Part shown: piece after piece, positions 26,373-36,309 of the stretch | Layout of the letters: every line of letters starts with the position of its first letter | How positions within the stretch are numbered: position 1 is the stretch's first letter | From: an uncultured bacterium | GTDB taxonomy: Bacteria > Vulcanimicrobiota > CADAWZ01 | Assembly: GCA_949288455.1 (NCBI GenBank) | Contig: CASEKF010000019.1 | Coordinates: 5,940 to 69,939 of the forward strand | Direction: 5' to 3' | Length of the DNA stretch: 64,000 bases | The notes under the pieces: model-generated | Seen by the model: only the letters and a program-made list of their open reading frames with translations | Told to the model about the DNA's origin: nothing | Database searches by the model: none | Translations under genes and position numbers: made by a program

Positions 26373-27623
26373 TTAAATCCCGTCTTCAAGAAGAAGTTCC
26401 AACGCTTCCCGATACGTTCCGCGAAGCTCGTCTTTCTCGTCTTCAGATAAATTTTCTCTATCAAGCCTCATCTCAAAAATTCTGTCCCTATCGTCCGTAA
26501 GCATAGCTATATCCGCGCCTTCGTCCCGTTCGTACGCAGACAAATCGCAAAATTCAGTTTTTAACTTTAATACTTTAAAAAGCGAACCTTCGGAAATTTC
26601 GTCGACAATTCTTCTAAACTCTTCAAAAACGCTTTTGCGACCTGAAAATATAATTTCCAGATAATCGTCCGCGCCTGAAGACTTCAACGCGTTTAAACGG
26701 CAAGATATATCGTCGGGAGAAGAACTTTTCAATCTTGTCATTTTATGAAACTCAGGCGCATGAACGAGTTTTAACTCCGGCTTTTTACCGTTGAAAGTTA
26801 CCAGGCATACAGACTTTTGTCCGGTTTCCCCAAAACTTAATCTAAGAGGAGAGCCGCTATAGCGCCTCATAGGATTTTCGGAACTCAACGTCTGAGGCAT
26901 ATGTATATGCCCTAGGGCAAGATAATCTATTTCCTCAGGGAAACCCGAAGGCTCTACTTTTACGGCGTTACCCCAAAAAGAAATAGTTCTCTCCTCCGTA
27001 TCCTGCCCCTCCCCGCAAAAAACGGATTCGGAACATGGCATATTTGAAGCGAACAAATGTCCTACGGCAATGATCGGAATATCTCTCGCGCCTCTGATTT
27101 TGGACGCCTTAGCCGCTACTTCTTTATAATGAGCCGAAATAGCGGAGGAATAAGCGGCGTTTTGCTCTTCGAAGGTTTCTCCGGCTCTAACCGAAGAGAT
27201 ATCCTTTTCTCTAAGATACGGAACGGCGCATACAAGAGCTTCGAGTTCTCCGTTTTCATCTTTAATCTCGACTATTTCGTCTTCAATTTTTTCAGATAAC
27301 TCTGACGAAACAAATACGCTTAAAGAATCAAGAATACTTTTGGGAGCTCCAAGAAATTCGGCAGAATCATGATTTCCCGAAGTGATTATAACCTTTCTGC
27401 AGGAAGTCTTTAAAAGAGAAGACAGAAAACGGTAATACAATTTTCTTGAAGAGTTCGAAGGGTTAGGAACTTCGAAAATATCTCCGGCGGCGATGAAAAC
27501 GTCTACCTTTTCTTCTTCAACGATTTTGACAAGCCATAAAAAGAGACTGTTAAATTCTTCGTCCCTCGCTTGTTCGTATATCTTTTTGCCAATATGAATA
27601 TCGGAAGTATGCAAAATCTTCAT
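26373..27623 (-). CDS. sbcD: SbcD nuclease
   Basis: LHTSDIHIG, AGDIFE, SGNHDS, YLALGHIH, YSGSP; adjacent to sbcC. Confidence 0.95.
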   Translation of the reverse strand: MKILHTSDIHIGKKIYEQARDEEFNSLFLWLVKIVEEEKVDVFIAAGDIFEVPNPSNSSRKLYYRFLSSLLKTSCRKVIITSGNHDSAEFLGAPKSILDSLSVFVSSELSEKIEDEIVEIKDENGELEALVCAVPYLREKDISSVRAGETFEEQNAAYSSAISAHYKEVAAKASKIRGARDIPIIAVGHLFASNMPCSESVFCGEGQDTEERTISFWGNAVKVEPSGFPEEIDYLALGHIHMPQTLSSENPMRRYSGSPLRLSFGETGQKSVCLVTFNGKKPELKLVHAPEFHKMTRLKSSSPDDISCRLNALKSSGADDYLEIIFSGRKSVFEEFRRIVDEISEGSLFKVLKLKTEFCDLSAYERDEGADIAMLTDDRDRIFEMRLDRENLSEDEKDELRGTYREALELLLEDGI

Positions 27624-27745
27624 TATCAATTCTATTCTCCAAGCTGCGCGATCCAAAATAAAAGAAATTTAAGACAAAATTAATTTAGGCGTATCTTCGG
27701 CGCGCAACGCTTAGACGACGCGACCCGCCGACTACGCAAGAAAAA

Positions 27746-28882
27746 TTATAGAAATTCTTCCGCTATTTCGCTCTGGATCGGAAAATATTTATAAGGGACT
27801 ATAAATCTTTCGCCTCGTCGTTCAATTAAGCCCAGCGACGTTAATTTTTTCAGCGCGACAGAAAAAATTTCAGAAAAACGCCTGCCAAAAATTCCGTAAA
27901 AATACTCGTCGTTGACGCCTTCGTCAGTTCTGAGCGCGAGCATAGCGTATTCGCCCATCTTGCGTTTTAAAGAAAGATTCTCCAAAAATATTCCCGGAGT
28001 TACGTTTTTCTTTAATAAGCCGATATATCTAAAAGGAGACGCGACATTTTTTATTCTGCTTTTAGAAATAAACGAACAAGCCGAAGATCCGAACCCTACG
28101 TATTCCCCATACGACCAGTAATTCATATTATGAAGACAAACTCGACCGTTCAAGGCAAAATTTGATATTTCATAATGACGATAGCCTTTCTCCGATAAAA
28201 AATTATGAGCGAAATTAAACATATCGGCAAGCTCTTCATCCGAAGGACAAAGCAAATCTCCGGAAAGACACGCGTCGCCCATAGAAGTAAACGGCTCGGG
28301 ATAAAACATATAAAGAGAAAGATGTTCCGCCCCAAGCTCTACGGCTTTTAACAGATCCGAAGCCAAAACTTGGAGAGAATGCCCCGGAAAACCAAATATT
28401 AAATCAAGCCCTACGGCATTAAATCCCGCCTCCAATGCGGAACGTATCGATATTTCCAGGTCAAACGACGAATGAAGTCGTCCCAAAACTTTAAGAAGAT
28501 TATCGTCAAACGTCTGACCTCCAATACTGACGCGATTTATACCCGCTTTTCTAAATTCCTTAAAAAGTCCGCTTTTCAAAGAAGAAGGGTTGGCTTCCAA
28601 AGATATTTCAGCCCCGCACGATATATGCGAAAAAGAATTCAGAGCGTCCAGCGTCTTATTTATAGCCTGAGGCGACAGAACGGAAGGGGTGCCTCCGCCG
28701 AAAAAAACCGTGTCAACGCCGGATCGGCTAATTGAAGAGCGTCTTAAACGCATTTCTCTTAAGACCGCTTCCAAATAATCCTCGATAACGCTTTCATTCC
28801 ATTGAGAAACAGGCGCCGAATCGAAAGCGCAGTAAAAACATTTTCGTATGCAAAACGGAATATGAAAATAGACTCCGGTCAT
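27746..28882 (-). CDS. hemW: radical SAM heme chaperone HemW (HemN-like)
   Basis: YFHIPFCIRKCFYCAF, GGGTPS, EANP, HYEISNF, HNMNYW. Confidence 0.88.
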   Translation of the reverse strand: MTGVYFHIPFCIRKCFYCAFDSAPVSQWNESVIEDYLEAVLREMRLRRSSISRSGVDTVFFGGGTPSVLSPQAINKTLDALNSFSHISCGAEISLEANPSSLKSGLFKEFRKAGINRVSIGGQTFDDNLLKVLGRLHSSFDLEISIRSALEAGFNAVGLDLIFGFPGHSLQVLASDLLKAVELGAEHLSLYMFYPEPFTSMGDACLSGDLLCPSDEELADMFNFAHNFLSEKGYRHYEISNFALNGRVCLHNMNYWSYGEYVGFGSSACSFISKSRIKNVASPFRYIGLLKKNVTPGIFLENLSLKRKMGEYAMLALRTDEGVNDEYFYGIFGRRFSEIFSVALKKLTSLGLIERRGERFIVPYKYFPIQSEIAEEFL

Positions 28883-30012
28883 CTTTTCTTCACCGGGGCG
28901 AGAAAATTCATTATAAAAGTCTTTTTAATATCTACGGCCGCATGCGGACAAAGTTCATGACAGCAAAAACATCTGATGCATTTAGAATGATCGCAATTGG
29001 GTTTTCCGTCGTTCATGTTTATAGCTCCCGCAGGACAGATCTTAGCGCAATAGCCGCATGACTTGCATCTGTCCGAAAAATGAACTTTAGGCCTTATTAA
29101 CTTCTCCGCTATATTCGTCCATATACCGCTTACGAATCGAAAATTCATAGACGAAGGAAGTTTGACGTCCGTCAAACGCGATTTCACGGGATCCAAGCCC
29201 ACGCATTCGACTTTGTCTAAGTCTACTAAATTCCTTTTTGCGGCATGAGCTAAAACCGGGATTTTTAAAGGATCTATTCCCAATAGCCTTGCCGCCGCGA
29301 CGTCAAGACAAAAAGCGTTTTCCGAAGCCAAAACGAACCCCATCGGCCTCACTCTTCCGGAAGTGGGCCCGTCTCCATCCATTCCCACTATGCCGTCCAT
29401 AATGGAAAGACCGGGACTTGAAGCCAGAAAGATATCTATAAGAGCGTCGGCAAAATGGCCGTAATCGGGCATTCTGAAATGATATTCCATCTTCTTTAAT
29501 CCCGGAACGGAACCGAACATATTTTTTACGGCTCCCGTAAAAACCATTTGGCAATGAGTCTTCATCTTAGGAAGATTCACGATAAAATCTACGTCTTTAA
29601 GAGGCTTTAATATCTCCGGTTTTTTAAGAAATAAGGCTTTCGGATTGTCCGCCTCTATAGTAGATACGTCGTAATTCAAAGAAACGTTTTCCCGCTCCAG
29701 AGGAAGCAGACCGCAAGTTTTATAAATTCCTTTGAGAACTTCGGGTTTATAAATATTTCCGGGACTATCTATAATCACGACGGACGCTCCGGCTTCAGTC
29801 AACAAATCTGCTACGGCCGCGACGAAAGAAGGATGAGTCGTAGCGGCGGCGTCAGGTTTTTTAGCCATAACCAAATTGACTTTTAAAGCCGCTTTCATAC
29901 CTTTTTTTATAAATTTGCTTAAGCCTCCCAGCAAATTAAGAGCCTCTTCTACGCTCTTTTTTGAATTGTCATAAGAATCGGACCTGACTATGGCCGTTTT
30001 CATATTGTTCAT
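28879..30012 (-). CDS. DUF362 domain protein with C-terminal 2x[4Fe-4S] ferredoxin
   Basis: AATTHP, NLPKMKTH, GAVKNMFG, GMDGDGP; CKSCGYCAKICP and CIRCFCCHELCP. Confidence 0.88.
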   Translation of the reverse strand: MNNMKTAIVRSDSYDNSKKSVEEALNLLGGLSKFIKKGMKAALKVNLVMAKKPDAAATTHPSFVAAVADLLTEAGASVVIIDSPGNIYKPEVLKGIYKTCGLLPLERENVSLNYDVSTIEADNPKALFLKKPEILKPLKDVDFIVNLPKMKTHCQMVFTGAVKNMFGSVPGLKKMEYHFRMPDYGHFADALIDIFLASSPGLSIMDGIVGMDGDGPTSGRVRPMGFVLASENAFCLDVAAARLLGIDPLKIPVLAHAAKRNLVDLDKVECVGLDPVKSRLTDVKLPSSMNFRFVSGIWTNIAEKLIRPKVHFSDRCKSCGYCAKICPAGAINMNDGKPNCDHSKCIRCFCCHELCPHAAVDIKKTFIMNFLAPVKKR

Positions 30013-30082
30013 AGGCTCCTCATACTTAAAAAATATCTTCGAACCGTCAAAATGTTACTATAAAACGCTGCGAATAACGCGC

Positions 30083-31753
30083 TTAAAAAAGACCTGAAAT
30101 CAAGCCGGAGTCGTCTATATCAATATTTTCAGCCGCAGGATTCGCCGATAATCCGGGCATAGTCATAATATTGCCGGCCAAAGCTACTATAAATCCGGCT
30201 CCGGCAGAGACTCTAAGTTCTCTTACGTTAATAAAGAAATCTTTAGGAACGCCATATAGAGAAGGGTTGTCAGAAAAGCTGTACTGCGTTTTCGCGACGC
30301 ATATAGGCAGTTTATCGAACCCGTACCCGCTCAGGCTTTCCATCTGTTTCTTAGCCGCGGGCGTAAATTTAGCTCCGCAGCCGCCGTAAATTTTTACAGC
30401 TATATTATCAAGTTTTTCAGAAATTGAAGAATTAAGATCATATGCGAATTCCAAGCTCGATTCAGTTTCGCAAAGTTCAACAACCGCTTTCGCCAGCTCT
30501 ATTCCTCCGGAAGATCCTTCTTTCCATACGTTCGACAGAGCCGCCCTGATTCCCGTTGATTCGCACTTAGCTAACAACGCTTCAATTTCAGCTTCGGTAT
30601 CTGAAGGGAAAACGTTGATCGCTACGATGCATGGAAGTTTAAAAACCTCGCGTATATTTGACACATGACGCTCTAAATTACAAAAGCCTCTGTCTAAAGC
30701 GTCTAAATTTTCTAAATTCAGCTCGGTTTTCTTGACCCCTCCATGATATTTTAAAGCCCTCGCCGTAGCTACTACTACGGCGCACGAAGGCTTAAGTCCG
30801 GAAGTTCTGCACTTTATGTCGAAAAATTTTTCCGCTCCCAAATCGGCTCCGAAGCCGGCTTCCGTAACAGCGTAATCGGCAATTCTCAAAGCCGTTTCAG
30901 TCGCGGCCAAAGAATTGCAGCCATGAGCTATATTCGCAAAAGGTCCGCCATGGATTAGAACCGGAGTATGTTCTAACGTCTGCGCCAGATTAGGTTTCAA
31001 AGCGTCTTTTAAAAGCGCGGCCATAGCCCCCTGCGCTTTGAGCTCTCCGGCTCTTACCGGTTCGCCGGAATAGGTTCTGGCGGGTATTATGTCAGATAAA
31101 CGCTTTTTCAGTTCTCCGATATCTTTAGACAAGCATAAAATAGCCATTACTTCCGAAGCCACGGTAATATCAAAACCGTCTTCCCTTGGAACTCCGTCAG
31201 TCTTTCCGCCCAAACCCGATACGATATTTCTAAGCTGCCTGTCGTTAATATCAAGACAACGTCTCCAGGATATCTGCCTTGGATCTATGTTCAAAAGATT
31301 GCCATGATATATATGGGCGTCCAACATAGCCGCAAGAAGATTGTTCGCTGCGCCTACCGCGTGTATATCTCCCGTGAAATGAAGATTAATGTCTTCCATC
31401 GGCATAACCTGAGCCATACCTCCGCCGGCAGCTCCTCCCTTTAATCCGAATACCGGACCGAGAGAAGGTTCCCTCAAAGCCGCGGCGGCTTTCGCCCCTA
31501 TCTTTGAGAGAGAATCGGCCAATCCTACGGTGGTAGTAGTTTTGCCTTCTCCCGCAGGCGTCGGAGTTATGGCCGTCACAAGAATTAATTTTCCCCTTTT
31601 AGCGGGCTCGGAGAGAAAAGATAAATTGATCTTAGCTTTATCACGACCGCATATTTCCAAATATTTTGCCGGAATCGAGGCTTTTTCCGCTATTTCAGCA
31701 ATATTTTTAGGACGCGCCGAACGAGCTATTTCTATATCGCTTTTAAATTTCAT
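30083..31753 (-). CDS. fhs: formate--tetrahydrofolate ligase
   Basis: [43 protein letters not shown]. Confidence 0.97.
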   Translation of the reverse strand: MKFKSDIEIARSARPKNIAEIAEKASIPAKYLEICGRDKAKINLSFLSEPAKRGKLILVTAITPTPAGEGKTTTTVGLADSLSKIGAKAAAALREPSLGPVFGLKGGAAGGGMAQVMPMEDINLHFTGDIHAVGAANNLLAAMLDAHIYHGNLLNIDPRQISWRRCLDINDRQLRNIVSGLGGKTDGVPREDGFDITVASEVMAILCLSKDIGELKKRLSDIIPARTYSGEPVRAGELKAQGAMAALLKDALKPNLAQTLEHTPVLIHGGPFANIAHGCNSLAATETALRIADYAVTEAGFGADLGAEKFFDIKCRTSGLKPSCAVVVATARALKYHGGVKKTELNLENLDALDRGFCNLERHVSNIREVFKLPCIVAINVFPSDTEAEIEALLAKCESTGIRAALSNVWKEGSSGGIELAKAVVELCETESSLEFAYDLNSSISEKLDNIAVKIYGGCGAKFTPAAKKQMESLSGYGFDKLPICVAKTQYSFSDNPSLYGVPKDFFINVRELRVSAGAGFIVALAGNIMTMPGLSANPAAENIDIDDSGLISGLF

Positions 31754-31826
31754 AAACTTTACTCCTTATTTTATTAAAAAATCGGGTAGGAGACGGAAAT
31801 TTTCTATAGTTAAAAATTCGGACTTT

Positions 31827-31857
31827 AAAAAAGGAGGCGATATTTGTTCGCCTCCTT
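31827..31857 (-). terminator. intrinsic terminator after ygeW
   Basis: Minus strand AAGGAGGCGA-ACAAATA-TCGCCTCCTT followed by further Ts. Confidence 0.75.
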
Positions 31858-31873
31858 CAAGTATTTTTTGAAA

Positions 31874-33073
31874 TTATTTTATTCTAGGCTTAGACTCATT
31901 TAAAAGAGCGCCGAAAGTATCGGCGGGATCCGCTTTCTTGGCTAAGAATATCATAGCCGCTATTATATAAGGCTTAAAGCTGGCTTGTTTATAAAGGGGA
32001 ATCCTATAACGATCAAAGACGGAAGCAGCCACTTCTCCGGCTTTGCAAGAAACTCCGGTTATATCGGCAGGCAGACAGTGAAGATAAAGAGCTTCTCCAT
32101 TTTTAGTCTTTTTCATCATTTCTTCGGTGCATTCCCAATTTTTAAACTTAGCGTTTTGTTCCAGGAGTTCCTTTTCAAGTTTCTTTATGCCTTCTATATC
32201 TGATTCTACGTAAAGCTTGGATCTTTTTTCCATGGCTTTAAACGGAGCCCAGCTTTTAGGATATACTATATCGGCTCCTTCAAACGCTTCTTCCATAGAA
32301 TTAGTTTTAAGGAATTTGCACCCTAAAAGCTCGGCGTTTTTCCTTCCTATCTTCTCGACCTCAGGCATTATCTCGTAACCTTCCGGATGCGCCAAAGTCA
32401 CGTCCATGCCGAATCGGGTCATTAACCCTATTACTCCCTGAGGAACGGACAACGGCTTTCCGTAAGACGGAGAATAAGCCCAGGTCATAGCCACTTTCTT
32501 ACCTCTAAGTTTTTCGACTCCCCCAAAATGATGGATGACATGAAGCATATCCGCCATAATCTGAGTGGGATGGTCTATATCGCACTGCAAATCGACTAAA
32601 ACCGGCCTCTGTTCGAGAACTCCGTCTCTATAACCTTCCTCGACGGATTTAGCCACGCTTCTCATATATTTATTTCCTTCGCCTATATACATATCGTCTC
32701 TTATGCCGATAACGTCGGCCATAAACGATATCATATTAGCCGTCTCTCTTACCGTTTCTCCATGCGCGATCTGAGATCTGCTTTCGTCAAGATCCTGAAC
32801 TTCGATGCCTAACATATTGCAGGCCGACGCAAAACTGAATCTTGTTCTTGTCGAATTGTCGCGGAAAAGAGAAATCCCAAGACCGGAATCAAAAATTCTG
32901 GTCGAAATATTAGCTTCTCTCAAACCTCGCAAGATATCGGCGGCAAGAAACGTCGCCATAATTTCATCGTCTGTCTTATGCCAGGTTTCAAAAAAATCGT
33001 TTAGATACATATTTTTATAATCATAATCCGTAAGACGGCTTATTAATTTGGCGATTTTTACTTTATCCATCAT
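31874..33073 (-). CDS. ygeW: knotted carbamoyltransferase YgeW
   Basis: FRDNSTRTRFSF, LQCDIDHPTQ, WAYSPSYGKPLSVPQG, YLHCLPADI. Confidence 0.93.
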   Translation of the reverse strand: MMDKVKIAKLISRLTDYDYKNMYLNDFFETWHKTDDEIMATFLAADILRGLREANISTRIFDSGLGISLFRDNSTRTRFSFASACNMLGIEVQDLDESRSQIAHGETVRETANMISFMADVIGIRDDMYIGEGNKYMRSVAKSVEEGYRDGVLEQRPVLVDLQCDIDHPTQIMADMLHVIHHFGGVEKLRGKKVAMTWAYSPSYGKPLSVPQGVIGLMTRFGMDVTLAHPEGYEIMPEVEKIGRKNAELLGCKFLKTNSMEEAFEGADIVYPKSWAPFKAMEKRSKLYVESDIEGIKKLEKELLEQNAKFKNWECTEEMMKKTKNGEALYLHCLPADITGVSCKAGEVAASVFDRYRIPLYKQASFKPYIIAAMIFLAKKADPADTFGALLNESKPRIK

Positions 33074-33157
33074 AAAACTCCTAATTGATTTAATAAAAAC
33101 GTCGATTAATTTAAAATTAAAAATAATAGTACGATAAAAGCGTATAAAGGACTTAAA

Positions 33158-34372
33158 CTATTTCTTCAAATTTTTATAATATATTTCCGGCAAAGCCGCA
33201 TATAAAGCGCAACAACGCACCAGATCGGCCTTCCAGGTCTTCTCGTTAGGGGCGTGAGCTTCTTTCTCTTTTCCCGGGCCAAATCCGATAACCGGAATAT
33301 TAAACATACCCATAATAGAAACTCCGTTCGTAGAAAAAGTCCATTTGTCTACGCAAGGATCGGCGTCAAACAGCGAAGAATACGACTCGACGGCAGAACG
33401 ACAAAGGATATGGTCTTCAGGGATAGTCCAAGTCGGGAAATAACAATCCGTAGGATATTGCAATCCGGTCCATGAAGGTCTGTCATATGTATACATAGAC
33501 ACCTCGACTCTATCTCTTATGGCGTTTACGGAAGGAAGTTCCCTTATCTGTCCCAACGCAAGTTCTGCGTCTTCTCCCGCAGTAAGCCTGCGATCGATCG
33601 ATATCGTGCAACCGTCGGCCACCGCGCAGCGGGAAGGCGAAGAATGGAATATCTGAGAAACGGTAAGCGAACCTTTTCCAAGGAAAGGATCCGTTTTCAA
33701 TCTCAAATGAAGATTTTCCAAATCATGCAAAATACGCGCCATATCGAAAATAGCGTTCTGTCCTCTCTCGGGAGCGCTGCCATGAGAAGATACGCCCTTT
33801 ACTTCCACTTTAATCTCCATGCGTCCCCTATGGCCTCTGTAAATTTTGCCGTCAGTAGGCTCGGTTGAAACGACGAAATCAGGCTTTAGCCCATGTTCTT
33901 TAATCAAATACTGCCAACACAGCCCGTCGCAATCCTCTTCCTGAACAGTTCCTACCATAGCCACAGTTATATCGTCGGGAACTAAATTAAGTTCTTTCAT
34001 AATTTTTCCGGCGTAAACCATCGAAGCCATTCCGCCCTTTTGATCCGAAGTTCCTCTTCCTCCTATTTCCGCGTCGGTTTCATATCCTTCGTACGGATCA
34101 AACTCCCAATTTTCTCTTAGACCTATTCCTACGGTATCGATATGAGCGTCAAAAGCTATCAAACGCGCTCCTTTTCCAATATAGCCTATAACGTTACCCA
34201 TTTTGTCAATTTCCACTCTGTCAAAGCCGACTTTTTCCATTTCCCTTTTTATTCTTAAAATAACTTGCTCTTCTTCGCAGCTTTCAGATGGAATTTTAAC
34301 TATATCCCTTAAAAAACAAACCATATCCTTCTCATATTTTTGAGACAGGTCATTAATTCCGCGGAAATCCAT
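33158..34372 (-). CDS. ygeY: YgeY-family M20 metallohydrolase
   Basis: [43 protein letters not shown]; adjacent to ygeW. Confidence 0.92.
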   Translation of the reverse strand: MDFRGINDLSQKYEKDMVCFLRDIVKIPSESCEEEQVILRIKREMEKVGFDRVEIDKMGNVIGYIGKGARLIAFDAHIDTVGIGLRENWEFDPYEGYETDAEIGGRGTSDQKGGMASMVYAGKIMKELNLVPDDITVAMVGTVQEEDCDGLCWQYLIKEHGLKPDFVVSTEPTDGKIYRGHRGRMEIKVEVKGVSSHGSAPERGQNAIFDMARILHDLENLHLRLKTDPFLGKGSLTVSQIFHSSPSRCAVADGCTISIDRRLTAGEDAELALGQIRELPSVNAIRDRVEVSMYTYDRPSWTGLQYPTDCYFPTWTIPEDHILCRSAVESYSSLFDADPCVDKWTFSTNGVSIMGMFNIPVIGFGPGKEKEAHAPNEKTWKADLVRCCALYAALPEIYYKNLKK

Positions 34373-34547
34373 CCCGAGGCACCTCCTGAAAAAACGTCGT
34401 TCAAAAATAAAAGCGCCGTAACAACGCCACTCTTCATAGACAATTCTTTAAAGTTTATTTTTATCCTGTTTTATAAAAAAACAAAATACCAAGCCAAAGA
34501 AAAAGGAAAAAATCAAAGTATCAAAAATAACCCAAGAAAGAGCAAAT

Positions 34548-35360
34548 ATGAAAGGGAAACTTATGGACATAAACAAAAAACTGGCTCAATTTTTAGAAAG
34601 CGGAAGAGAATTCGCACTAGCGACGGTAATAGAGGCGACCGGAAGCTCTCCGGCAAGAAGCGGCTTTAAAATGATCGTCTCCAACGAAGAATTCCTAGGA
34701 ACCGTAGGAGGCGGAACTCTAGAATATAAAACGGTAGAAGCGGCTAGAGAAACTTTAAAAAGAAAAAAAAATTCTTTGATTGCATTTGATCTCAAAAATA
34801 TAGGAATGACATGCGGCGGACAAGCTAAAATATTTTTCGAGTATATTCAAGGAGAAAAAAGAATGTACATTTTCGGAGGAGGGCATATATGCCAGGCCTT
34901 TTCGCCGATCGCCGCGTCTTTAGGATTTAAAATCACCGTTCTAGACAACAGATCGGACGTCGCGAATAAAGAAAAACAGCCCTTCGCACACGAAATCGTT
35001 TGCGAAGAATTTGAATCAGGAATAGATAAAATGAAATTTGGAGACAACTCGTTCGCGCTTATAGCGACTAACAAACATGCGTACGACGGAGCGGTGATAA
35101 AAAAGTTATGCGAACAAGAAGAAAAATTTAGATACATAGCCATGATAGGCTCGAAAACAAAAGTGAAAACATGCTTGGAAGAACTTATCGATATGGGAAT
35201 AAAAATCGAAACTCTAAAAAAAATATACTCTCCGGCCGGCTTGAAGATAGGAGGCGATTCTCCGGCTGAAATAGCCGTAGCCATAGCCGCGGAAGTTATA
35301 GCTTTCGAACATGGAAAAGACGTTCCTAATATGAAAACTAATCTCGTCGGAGAAACGTAA
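34548..35360 (+). CDS. XdhC/CoxF-family xanthine dehydrogenase accessory protein
   Basis: ALATVIEATGSSPA, GTVGGG, GMTCGG, IFGGGH, YIAMIGS, SPAEIAVAIAAE; start may be the ATG at 34563. Confidence 0.9.
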   Translation: MKGKLMDINKKLAQFLESGREFALATVIEATGSSPARSGFKMIVSNEEFLGTVGGGTLEYKTVEAARETLKRKKNSLIAFDLKNIGMTCGGQAKIFFEYIQGEKRMYIFGGGHICQAFSPIAASLGFKITVLDNRSDVANKEKQPFAHEIVCEEFESGIDKMKFGDNSFALIATNKHAYDGAVIKKLCEQEEKFRYIAMIGSKTKVKTCLEELIDMGIKIETLKKIYSPAGLKIGGDSPAEIAVAIAAEVIAFEHGKDVPNMKTNLVGET

Positions 35361-35502
35361 AAAACTAACTAACGATATAGAAAGTCCGTTCAGAACGTAA
35401 GTTGATCGAAAATGCAAAAGCCTCGAAAACGGTCTCGCAAATCGATCGCGATCGATCGCGAGCATTAACAGAGGAAAAGGAATAAAGAACGCTCGATCTT
35501 GA

Positions 35503-35575
35503 CTGTAGAGATTGACCGTAAAATTAAACGGGTATAAAATTCATCTCCGTTTAATTTTACGGTCAATCTCTACAG
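35503..35575. terminator. perfect 29-bp inverted repeat between convergent genes
   Basis: CTGTAGAGATTGACCGTAAAATTAAACGG (35503-35531), 15-nt loop, exact reverse complement at 35547-35575. Confidence 0.7.
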
Positions 35576-35603
35576 CCGGCGCAATTTATCGCGCTCAAGA
35601 ATC

Positions 35604-36041
35604 TCAAATAGCGGCCCGAACCTTATTGATTTTATCCGTAACGGTAAGAAATAGACTTACGCACTCTCCCATATTTTCAATATTGGGATCTTTAGAGTAT
35701 GTTTTTACGGACTCCAGCAAAACGGTGACTAAATCTAAAGTAGTAAGAATAATTTTAAGTTTATCGGCGTTTTCCGGAGCAGATTTCAAAGCTTCCCTCA
35801 ATTCGTCTTTTTTCGCGTTATTGCTTTCAGAAAGAGCGGCATAATATTTATCAAGAATTTCCAAAGGCTGAGTTTTATTATGAACGGCCTCCAAAGCTCC
35901 CAGCAGAGAATCAAATCCGGGATTTTCCGGATCGACGGGAGCGCTGGTTAAAGAAACGTCTCCATAAATAGATTTTATAGCTTGTTCCTGCCGAAGTTCT
36001 TTCACGGCCTTTTCTGCCGCTTTATTAAAATCCTCGTTCAT
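35604..36041 (-). CDS. hypothetical helical protein; apparent single-unit homolog of the repeat in 7709-9586
   Basis: 145 aa ORF with AAGGA RBS; gapless by-eye alignment to repeat 2 of the 625-aa protein. Confidence 0.7.
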   Translation of the reverse strand: MNEDFNKAAEKAVKELRQEQAIKSIYGDVSLTSAPVDPENPGFDSLLGALEAVHNKTQPLEILDKYYAALSESNNAKKDELREALKSAPENADKLKIILTTLDLVTVLLESVKTYSKDPNIENMGECVSLFLTVTDKINKVRAAI

Positions 36042-36227
36042 ATGAGCTTATAGTCCTTTCTTAATATAATTACGCCATAAACAATCTTTCAAAATTTCTC
36101 AATCAAAAACGTCTTAATATACGTTAAGGCTACCGGCATATCATAACTTAAACTCCAATGTTAAACGCTTAAGCCAAAAAACGACGTTTTACTAATCTTC
36201 TCTTTTAAAAAATATTTCTCCTTCTAC

Positions 36228-36275
36228 AAAAACTCCGCCGCATTCCGAACCATAGTCGGAATACGACGGAGAAAA
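36228..36275 (-). terminator. intrinsic terminator of the 36310 gene
   Basis: Minus strand CTCCGTCGTATTCCGA-CTATGGT-TCGGAATGCGGCGGAG-TTTTT. Confidence 0.75.
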
Positions 36276-36309
36276 ATAACTTTTACGCTAACGAACGCAT
36301 TAAAACTAA

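Noticed and set aside
35434-35462. ATCGATCGCG tandem forming a 16-bp palindrome, HIP1-like appearance
   Set aside because: Single short occurrence without the exact GCGATCGC octamer; no evidence of function.
35604-36041. Immunity protein for the NlpC/P60 hydrolase
   Set aside because: No signal peptide or lipobox, and separated from the hydrolase by a terminator and about 270 bp.
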